A stretch of 28,125 nt of DNA. Source: a virus. The position numbers and the translations under genes were made by a program. The stretch lies in the IMG/VR virus record IMGVR_UViG_650716055_000001, positions 1-28,125 of that record; one strand, written 5' to 3'. The notes under the pieces were generated by a model that was not told where the DNA came from, did not search any database, and was given only the letters and a program-made list of their open reading frames with translations. This document shows, piece by piece, positions 8,919-15,666 of this stretch. Each line of letters opens with the position of its first letter. The stretch's first letter is position 1.

Positions 8919-9094
8919 TGGATTTCAATAAATTGGAGTTTTATGTGGAAAAAGCAAAACAACAATGGATGTCAGGTGATGAGCACGGGGCAGTAGAATC
9001 GTTATATAAAGCAAAGAGGCTTGCCGCAGCAATGGAATCGGAAGCTAAATTCAAACTACATGTTGGACATAGAGATGCAATATTCATCAAGTAA
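8915..9094 (+). CDS. 59-aa helical hypothetical protein (below ORF-track cutoff)
   Basis: GAGGTGG SD; MMDFNKLEFYVEKAKQQWMSG...AIFIK; its stop abuts the SD of the next gene. Confidence 0.7.
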   Translation: MMDFNKLEFYVEKAKQQWMSGDEHGAVESLYKAKRLAAAMESEAKFKLHVGHRDAIFIK

Positions 9095-9103
9095 GGTGAT
9101 GCT

Positions 9104-9340
9104 ATGGGATATTATTATGCAGTAATAAAAAATGGTAAAATAGTTAGTTATGGAGCAGTTCGAAGTAAGAAAGAAGTTATAAAAAAAGCGGAATTATTAA
9201 AATTAACAGGAGCTGTATTAAAAGTTATCAATCAGTTGGAGTATCAGGCTATAAAAGAGAAGATTGATGAAAATGATAAAAAAAGAATGAGAAGATATTT
9301 AGCAACAAGGAGGGATTTAAAATGTGTAAATATGATTTAG
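9104..9340 (+). CDS. Hypothetical protein
   Basis: AGGTGA SD; tightly packed in the operon. Confidence 0.75.
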   Translation: MGYYYAVIKNGKIVSYGAVRSKKEVIKKAELLKLTGAVLKVINQLEYQAIKEKIDENDKKRMRRYLATRRDLKCVNMI

Positions 9341-10197
9341 CTGCACAGGCACACTATAATATTTATAAAAAAGAAATAAAGCCCGAAGCGATTAAGAAGG
9401 ATGTTAAAGAAATAATTAAAAAACATAACGGTTTGATTAATGAAAGCTCGGCATTTGTGATGTGGTTAGATGAATTAAAGTTAAGGGGTGAGTTTAAAAA
9501 GTTGAAAAATAATGGAGAGGTAAGAAGCATGGATTTTGTTGAGAAAAATTTAGGTATGCCAGACATCATGGAGATTTATGGAGAAACAAGAAGCTTAAAA
9601 ACATTTACGGCATATAAATTTGCAGTAGAAAGAGCAAAATCAGGTAAAAAAGTAATCTATATCGACACAGAAAGAAACATGACAAAGGAGCAAATCAAAG
9701 AGCTAAATGACGCTGGATGTGATTATAGGTGTATTATTAATTTTGATAGATTAGTTAATTTCATAACTTCGAAACTTCCAAAGGGATATAACTATTTGAT
9801 TTTAGATTCTGTTGGACTTCCTGCTCTTGGTAAATTTGCAGTTTCAAGCATGCATGGTAAAGGTCAGGTGTTGCTCAATGTTCAAGCTATACTCTATACA
9901 TTGAAGGATTACTGCGTGGAAAATGATTGTTATGCAGTAGTTACCAACCAACCAACTTCTGAAATGAATAAGACTGAACATTTCACTTACAATGGAAAAA
10001 AGTATATTGAACTTACGCCGTTTGGAGATAAAGGGAGTTTTTTTGTTAAGGAAATATACCGAGCAATACCTGTTAAACGAACTCAAAATGAGACGGTGGT
10101 AGATTTAATTGCATGGGGTTCAAGAGTGTATCCGAAGTATAAGCCTGTAGTTAGACTTGTAAGAAAAGGAACAAATCTTGAAGTTAAAGCACTTTAA
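9322..10197 (+). CDS. RecA-superfamily (RadB/Sak4-like) ATPase with N-terminal helical domain
   Basis: IMEIYGETRSLKT (variant Walker A), KVIYIDTE, LILDSV (Walker B), AVVTNQ. Confidence 0.85.
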   Translation: MCKYDLAAQAHYNIYKKEIKPEAIKKDVKEIIKKHNGLINESSAFVMWLDELKLRGEFKKLKNNGEVRSMDFVEKNLGMPDIMEIYGETRSLKTFTAYKFAVERAKSGKKVIYIDTERNMTKEQIKELNDAGCDYRCIINFDRLVNFITSKLPKGYNYLILDSVGLPALGKFAVSSMHGKGQVLLNVQAILYTLKDYCVENDCYAVVTNQPTSEMNKTEHFTYNGKKYIELTPFGDKGSFFVKEIYRAIPVKRTQNETVVDLIAWGSRVYPKYKPVVRLVRKGTNLEVKAL

Positions 10198-10226
10198 TTA
10201 TTTATTTAACTTTTTGAGGTGGAAAA

Positions 10227-10466
10227 ATGAGAAAATATAAAATGACACTATGTGGATATAAAAACTGGAAAAGGGTCGATCATGGATGTTATGAGACGAT
10301 AGAGGGGGATGATGTGTCAGTAGAATATGAAATCGAAGCTAATGATTATAGAGAAGCAGAAAGAAAAGCACTTAAAGATTTTAAGGATAAGGGATATTTC
10401 TTTGATGAAATAGATGCTGGCTCTATCAACTACCTGGATGAAGTTATGAAGGATGATATCTTGTAA
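10227..10466 (+). CDS. Hypothetical acidic protein
   Basis: GAGGTGG SD; YEIEANDYREAERKA motif of the kind seen in small viral proteins. Confidence 0.75.
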   Translation: MRKYKMTLCGYKNWKRVDHGCYETIEGDDVSVEYEIEANDYREAERKALKDFKDKGYFFDEIDAGSINYLDEVMKDDIL

Positions 10467-10494
10467 TCGGAGCTTCTACCCATCAAGCTTCGAT
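10466..10494 (+). other. Hairpin ATCGGAGCTT-N9-AAGCTTCGAT (one G-U pair)
   Basis: Inverted repeat immediately after a stop codon; possible RNA stem or terminator. Confidence 0.35.
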
Positions 10495-10516
10495 AATATA
10501 AAGTGAGTTGATTTAT

Positions 10517-10657
10517 ATGACTGAGAGAAAAGGAAAAATGGCATTAGACATTATAAGGACAGTTAGCAAATATTTCTTAGATATTTTAGACATCAAAGAC
10601 TATGGGGATAAATTAATAATTGAGATAAAAAGGGGTAGAGATGGTTTCACAAGATGA
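10517..10657 (+). CDS. 46-aa hypothetical protein
   Basis: MTERKGKMALDIIRTVSKYFLDILDIKDYGDKLIIEIKRGRDGFTR; overlaps the start of the next gene; weak SD. Confidence 0.45.
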   Translation: MTERKGKMALDIIRTVSKYFLDILDIKDYGDKLIIEIKRGRDGFTR

Positions 10658-11048
10658 AATACTAAAATTAATAAGGTCAAACGGCGGAGCAATTTCAACG
10701 AGAGAACTAAAAAAACACTATAATATATCTAAGGGGAATGGGTTGGGGAATATATCTCAGAGATTAAGACAATTAATGAAAAAGAAACTATTAGCAAAGG
10801 TTAAAGGGTTGAACGGGGAAGTAATTTATTTTTTAATCGATTTAGAGTATCTAAATAAAGAGGAAATTAAGAAATACAAATATAAGTTAGAAGATATTGA
10901 AAGGGAGTTCAAAAAAGGCACGAGTATTAAAGAAGTTGCAAATAAATATGGTATGAGTTATAAGTGGGCGTGGCAGTTGCATAAGCGTTTTTTGAAAGAA
11001 GGTATATTATATTATAAAAGAGATGGGAGACCATATAAACAAATATGA
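10641..11048 (+). CDS. Two-domain HTH protein, candidate late-gene transcription regulator
   Basis: N-terminal wHTH (EILKLIRS...ISTRELKKH...ISQRLRQLMKKKLL) and C-terminal HTH (GTSIKEVANKYGMSYKWAW); last gene before the structural operon. Confidence 0.8.
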   Translation: MVSQDEILKLIRSNGGAISTRELKKHYNISKGNGLGNISQRLRQLMKKKLLAKVKGLNGEVIYFLIDLEYLNKEEIKKYKYKLEDIEREFKKGTSIKEVANKYGMSYKWAWQLHKRFLKEGILYYKRDGRPYKQI

Positions 11049-11117
11049 ACAAGTTTATGAACAACTTTTTTATTTTTTTAATTAAGTATATTAGTTAATG
11101 TAAATAAACCAATTAAG

Positions 11118-11137
11118 TTAGCATTTTTAAATGCTAA
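11118..11137 (+). promoter_or_regulatory. 20-bp palindrome TTAGCATTT-TT-AAATGCTAA upstream of the head-tail operon
   Basis: Exact reverse complement of 27794-27813, which lies upstream of the packaging operon. Confidence 0.75.
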
Positions 11138-11150
11138 ACTACACGGGAAA

Positions 11151-11179
11151 ATATGTAGGGAAGGGCATGCCCTACATAT
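11151..11179 (+). other. 10-bp perfect stem-loop ATATGTAGGG-N9-CCCTACATAT in the late leader
   Basis: Direct base pairing; GGGCATGCCC (11163-11172) is an alternative internal palindrome. Confidence 0.55.
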
Positions 11180-11204
11180 GACGGAAAACTAAAAAGGTGA
11201 AATT

Positions 11205-11522
11205 ATGGCATTGTTTGGAGGAAAAAAAGTAGAAGCAACACAAGCCGTTAATCCCACACCAGATGACCTTATGATGGGAAAATCTGATGTGGTTGAAAAG
11301 ATTGCTGAAAAGAAAATAAAAGAGAAAGAATACGACGATGTTGTTGCTGAAACAAAAATGAGAAAATTCTATCATGAGAATACTCAAAATGAAAAGATTG
11401 CAAAGTTAGAAGCAGAACTTGCTAAAAAAGATAAGGAAATAGACGAATTGAAAGAGGAAATTAGATCCATAAAAGGGAAAACAGGGGGAATTGGAATTGG
11501 TGGTGGCACATCTAACAGGTAA
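11205..11522 (+). CDS. Coiled-coil hypothetical protein, first gene of the structural operon
   Basis: AGGTGA SD; heptad-rich C-terminal half. Confidence 0.8.
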   Translation: MALFGGKKVEATQAVNPTPDDLMMGKSDVVEKIAEKKIKEKEYDDVVAETKMRKFYHENTQNEKIAKLEAELAKKDKEIDELKEEIRSIKGKTGGIGIGGGTSNR

Positions 11523-11587
11523 GGTTGAGTTTCTGAAAGAAATAGTTTTAAAGAAACTCTAATTTTTTTATTTTTTAAGGTGGTTTT

Positions 11588-12457
11588 GTGGCAACACAGA
11601 GGGAATATATAGAAAATGCAATAACGGAAATAACAGATATTACAAACCATTCTAATGACCTTTATGATATTTTTAAAACCATTAAATTAAAAATCTACAC
11701 ACCCAACCTACCAGAGCCCCCCGAACTAGTTAAAAAAAGAATTAATGAATTTGAAGGTAAGTTGTTAGATATTGACCATGACGATTGGAACGGGGATTCA
11801 ATCGTTGGGAAGTTCCTGAAAACATGGTGGGATGATTCTACAAATGAAGGTTTTGCAGAAGTGGGGATATTTAATAAGGCAAAAGCAGTAGTAGATTTAA
11901 TTAAAGAAGGTAAAATTAAGTATTTTAGCCCCTCATTTTGGATTACATATTTAGGTGAAAACATTATTGATGTGCTTCCAAAGGGCGGAGCTCTGTGTCA
12001 ATATACTATACCTGATGACCCTGATTGTGGAGTTATAGACCATTCAAGGAGGAAAAATATGGATGATGAGATGATTAAGAAAATAATGGAAGAAAACACC
12101 CTTTTAAAACAGCAGTTGGAAGAAAAGGAAAAACAAATACAGTCTGTTTCAGCTTCACATTCTAAGACTATTGGGGAGCTCAAAGCAGAACATTCAAAAG
12201 AGTTAAAAGCAGCAGAAGAAAGGGGATTTAAAAAGGCAAAAACATTACTTGAATTGCATTCCAAGTATAACATTGATGAAGAAGTTGAAAAACAGCTTAT
12301 TGAAGCAATTGATAACAATGATGCATTGAAAGTTGCGGAATTAGTTCATTCATTGAAACCAAAGGAAAATGATGCCCTTGCAGTAGGCGAAGGGAACCAT
12401 TCCAATAATATGAGCCCCGAGGAGTATCTACAAAAATTAAGAAATGGGGAGCTATAA
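11588..12457 (+). CDS. Prohead protease fused to a C-terminal scaffold
   Basis: LDIDHD (His) and YFSPSF (Ser) resemble HK97/assemblin-like protease motifs; coiled-coil C-terminal half; lies before decoration and MCP genes; GTG start with GGTGG SD. Confidence 0.8.
   Translation: MATQREYIENAITEITDITNHSNDLYDIFKTIKLKIYTPNLPEPPELVKKRINEFEGKLLDIDHDDWNGDSIVGKFLKTWWDDSTNEGFAEVGIFNKAKAVVDLIKEGKIKYFSPSFWITYLGENIIDVLPKGGALCQYTIPDDPDCGVIDHSRRKNMDDEMIKKIMEENTLLKQQLEEKEKQIQSVSASHSKTIGELKAEHSKELKAAEERGFKKAKTLLELHSKYNIDEEVEKQLIEAIDNNDALKVAELVHSLKPKENDALAVGEGNHSNNMSPEEYLQKLRNGEL
12059..12457 (+). CDS. Nested in-frame scaffolding protein (132 aa)
   Basis: AAGGAGG SD a few nt before the in-frame ATG 12059 at the protease/coiled-coil boundary. 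Confidence 0.6.
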   Translation: MDDEMIKKIMEENTLLKQQLEEKEKQIQSVSASHSKTIGELKAEHSKELKAAEERGFKKAKTLLELHSKYNIDEEVEKQLIEAIDNNDALKVAELVHSLKPKENDALAVGEGNHSNNMSPEEYLQKLRNGEL

Positions 12458-12466
12458 GGTGATATT

Positions 12467-12793
12467 ATGAAGATTAATTATGCACCGCTATATACAACAG
12501 AAGGATTAATCACACTCAAAGGAAATGCAGCACCAGGAGAGGCAATATCTGCTGGAACAGTTATTGGGATTATTTCTGCATCAGGGGAGCTCTCACCGTA
12601 TAACAGCTCGGCTACTGACGGAACAGAAGTAGCAAGAGGTATTGCACTGTGTGATATTGATGCAGCAGATGAAGATAGAGACATAATATATGCGATAGCA
12701 GGAGCTGTTATTGAAAGCAAATGTATAGGCTTAGATGCAACCGCAAAAGAGGATTTATCAACGATATACTTTGTTAAAGATTCACAATTATAG
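12467..12793 (+). CDS. Head decoration protein (lambda gpD-like)
   Basis: AGTVIG...GELSPYNSSATDGTEVARGI matches the HDPD pattern; lies between protease and MCP. Confidence 0.85.
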   Translation: MKINYAPLYTTEGLITLKGNAAPGEAISAGTVIGIISASGELSPYNSSATDGTEVARGIALCDIDAADEDRDIIYAIAGAVIESKCIGLDATAKEDLSTIYFVKDSQL

Positions 12794-12802
12794 GTGGTAT
12801 AA

Positions 12803-13753
12803 ATGTCAGGAATTGATTGGAATAACCCAGCACTAAATTCATTAGCAATTAAGGGGATGATTAAGGAGTATGAAACCAACACCACGGAGCTCCCATATAG
12901 AAAAGTGATGCCAGTTGCTAATGTAAAATCAAAAACATTTTCAGAAATTGTTGATAAAAGCACAATCTTTGCAACTCCATCAACAGCAGCAGGAGCATCA
13001 ATTCAAACAGTAGATTTGGAAAAAGGATTAAAATCATACACTTGCGGTCTTCATGCACTAACCTTACCTTTGTTGGGTGAAGATAGGGGGCTCGCTCCTG
13101 TGGATTTAGTTCAGGATGCTGTTTTTAAGGAATTGGATGCGGCAAGATATGCTATTGAGGCGGAATTTGAAAACCAATTGGTGTCGAATATTCCAACCTC
13201 CAACAAGGTAGATGCCTCATCAGCAAAATGGACAGATGATACAAAAGACCCCATAAAGGTAATAAATAATGCAATCAAAGCAGTTAAAAAAGCATCTGGA
13301 TTAATTCCAAACGCCCTCATCGCTAAGGCGGATGTGATTGATGCACTGACAAGTAATGCAAACACAAGAGATTATATTAAATATATCCAGCCCAACGCAG
13401 TAGATGGAAATGGAACGCTGATAAAACTAAGAGGATTAACTATTATTGAAGCTCCCGAATCAATTAAAAGCGTAAATAATAAAGAGCTGTCTAAGTTTTC
13501 AAGCACATCAGTATACTTAACAGTTGCATCTAATGTAATATCAAGAGGAACAGGATATATCGCAACATATCCAACAAGGAAAGAAGTTCAGCAGGGAAAG
13601 ATATTGCAAAAGGCAAATAAGGATACCCCGCTTATTTTCAAATACATTGATGAGATGAAGGCAACGGGTGTAATTAATATGGTTTCAGAGCTCTCATTTA
13701 TTCCAGTTATCCAAAGACCAAATGCTACTGCCGAAATAAAATCAGTAATTTAA
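12803..13753 (+). CDS. Major capsid protein (HK97 fold, lambda gpE-like)
   Basis: KWTDDTKDPIKVI (WxxxxxDP) motif; size 316 aa; gene order. Confidence 0.88.
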   Translation: MSGIDWNNPALNSLAIKGMIKEYETNTTELPYRKVMPVANVKSKTFSEIVDKSTIFATPSTAAGASIQTVDLEKGLKSYTCGLHALTLPLLGEDRGLAPVDLVQDAVFKELDAARYAIEAEFENQLVSNIPTSNKVDASSAKWTDDTKDPIKVINNAIKAVKKASGLIPNALIAKADVIDALTSNANTRDYIKYIQPNAVDGNGTLIKLRGLTIIEAPESIKSVNNKELSKFSSTSVYLTVASNVISRGTGYIATYPTRKEVQQGKILQKANKDTPLIFKYIDEMKATGVINMVSELSFIPVIQRPNATAEIKSVI

Positions 13754-13763
13754 AGGTGTTATT

Positions 13764-14165
13764 ATGGGATATTGCACACCCGCAGAGCTCTACAACTTTC
13801 TAAAACTTAAAATTCAATATAAAGACATTGAAAACGACCTTAATTCTGCAATAACCGTGGCATCATCAAGGATTGATGCACAGGTAGGACTTATTGAGAA
13901 TCCTGATGAAGATACAAAGATACTATTAAAACGGGCATGTATGTATTATGCAGGAGCTGAAATATTAAGGCAATATTGGGAAGAATTACAGGTCGATAGA
14001 TACGAAATGCAAAAGGTTTCACAATATGAAGGAATGGGGGACGAGCTGACAAGAAACATATTAAATAAGTTAAAAGGAGTTCAGCAGATTACCACATCTA
14101 ACGATAATAACAAAGATACAAAAATAATTATTCCTTCATTTTTATATACGATTACAAATAGGTGA
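13764..14165 (+). CDS. Head-tail adaptor (Mu gp36/HK97 gp6-like)
   Basis: N-terminal YCTPAEL, helical bundle with ASSRIDA...LKRAC; directly after MCP. Confidence 0.7.
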   Translation: MGYCTPAELYNFLKLKIQYKDIENDLNSAITVASSRIDAQVGLIENPDEDTKILLKRACMYYAGAEILRQYWEELQVDRYEMQKVSQYEGMGDELTRNILNKLKGVQQITTSNDNNKDTKIIIPSFLYTITNR

Positions 14166-14170
14166 TTATA

Positions 14171-14956
14171 ATGGGTTCTACATCATATATTAATGGAGAT
14201 GGATATGCGAGATACACAGGGGGCGGGACGTTATTTATTAATGGAGAAAGCATAGCAATTGTAGAGTTTGAAGCAGAATTGAATCATAAAGAAATGCAGA
14301 CAGCCACTACTGCGGGGATTATAAAAGATGTTTCACAGCAGATAGATTTTAAAGGTAAATTCACCGATATAGCAGGAACACATAAGTTTTGGAGCATGTT
14401 TATGGGAATTGATGCTATGGAATCAACTGCTGAATCGTTATATTCTGGTGCTGGAACTGGTGCAGACCAAACGGCAACAGCTGATGCACAGCCAACGCTC
14501 CCATCTATTTTACAGATATCACTCTCTAAAAGTGGAACTACTGTTCCAACAATTACTCCCGATGCGATTGTAATTGCTGGAAAGGATGCATTTGGTAATA
14601 CAATTACTGAGAATTTCAATTATACTTGCCTTGAAACTATTGTTGGAAGTTTGTTATTTTCACAGATTGATAGTATTGCAATCCCTGGCACACTGAGCTC
14701 AGATACAAAAGTTACTGTTTCAACAGTTGCAGGTGTAAAAAGTGGAAAACCAACAATTGTTCCAAAATTCAACCTTCAAGGGTTTATAAAAGGGAGTGAT
14801 GGACACCTGCAAGGCGTACAAATGAAAAATGTAACAATACTTAATAAACCAAAATTTAAACTTGAAGGCAAGGAAGAACATATTAAAGAAGAAATTGAGT
14901 TTGTTTTATCAAATGCTAACGAAGACATAATATTCTATGAATATATACCTCAGTAG
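14171..14956 (+). CDS. Major tail tube protein with an inserted beta/Ig-like region
   Basis: Beta-rich, T/S/G-rich; precedes the chaperone and tape measure genes; GGTGA SD favours ATG 14171. Confidence 0.7.
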   Translation: MGSTSYINGDGYARYTGGGTLFINGESIAIVEFEAELNHKEMQTATTAGIIKDVSQQIDFKGKFTDIAGTHKFWSMFMGIDAMESTAESLYSGAGTGADQTATADAQPTLPSILQISLSKSGTTVPTITPDAIVIAGKDAFGNTITENFNYTCLETIVGSLLFSQIDSIAIPGTLSSDTKVTVSTVAGVKSGKPTIVPKFNLQGFIKGSDGHLQGVQMKNVTILNKPKFKLEGKEEHIKEEIEFVLSNANEDIIFYEYIPQ

Positions 14957-14964
14957 GTGGTTAA

Positions 14965-15339
14965 ATGGTAACTGTTGAAGAATACTTAAAAAAAGCATAT
15001 ACTACCGTAGAGCTCCCCAGTGGATTCAAATTCAAGATAAAAACATTATCCTCAATAGATGTTTTAAAAGTGATGGGAGATATTCCCTCAATACAGGAGA
15101 TGACAAACCTAAACAAAGAAGAAGTAAAGGAGAATGTGCAAAAGTTATCAGCGAATAAAGAATACACTAAGAAAATAATTGAAGTAGTTCCTGAATTGGT
15201 TGAAAAATCAATTATCGAACCAAAAGGCATAAAATGGGAGCAGTTAGACGGTAAGGATAAAGATGCATTAATGGAGTATATATTATCACAATTTACAGCA
15301 GATAAAAAAATATCATCCTTTCGTGAGAAAGAACAGTAA
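14965..15339 (+). CDS. Tail assembly chaperone (gpG-like)
   Basis: Lies between tail tube and TMP; VELPSGFKFKIKTLS pattern. Confidence 0.75.
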   Translation: MVTVEEYLKKAYTTVELPSGFKFKIKTLSSIDVLKVMGDIPSIQEMTNLNKEEVKENVQKLSANKEYTKKIIEVVPELVEKSIIEPKGIKWEQLDGKDKDALMEYILSQFTADKKISSFREKEQ

Positions 15340-15547
15340 ATTATTAGATGCTGTTGCTCAAAGATACGGCTGTCTCCCTTCTGACATTTTAAATCTTTCA
15401 GTTGTAGAATTTAACATAAATATTGCAGTTGCGGTTAATTCAGCAGATACAGAATCAGAGAAAAAAGGCTGTAAGGTAAAGGTTGTTGATAAAACAGAAT
15501 TAAACAATAAATATAAAGAATTATTGAGGAGGTATAATGCCCGTTGA
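15323..15547 (+). CDS. gpT-like extension, probably made as a +1 frameshift fusion to the chaperone (14965-15547)
   Basis: Overlaps the chaperone in the +1 frame; no SD before GTG 15323; TCC_TTT_CGT at 15316-15324; AQRYGCLPSDIL motif. Confidence 0.7.
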   Translation: MRKNSKLLDAVAQRYGCLPSDILNLSVVEFNINIAVAVNSADTESEKKGCKVKVVDKTELNNKYKELLRRYNAR

Positions 15548-15662
15548 TATAAAAAGATGGAAAAAAAACACTATTCTAATTTTTGGAGTGCTTATGTTAA
15601 TATTCTTTATTTTAGTTTTTATAATCTTTGTAATCAGTGAAATATACGCACTAACAGGCTGA
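15537..15662 (+). CDS. ~41-aa single-pass membrane microprotein (below ORF-track cutoff)
   Basis: Strong GAGGAGGT SD; MPVDIKRWKKN followed by a long hydrophobic stretch; stop 4 nt before the TMP start. Confidence 0.5.
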   Translation: MPVDIKRWKKNTILIFGVLMLIFFILVFIIFVISEIYALTG

Positions 15663-15666
15663 TAAT

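Noticed and set aside
15304-15310. A7 run as a classical -1 frameshift site for the tail chaperone
   Set aside because: The -1 frame stops within a few codons; only the +1 frame is open
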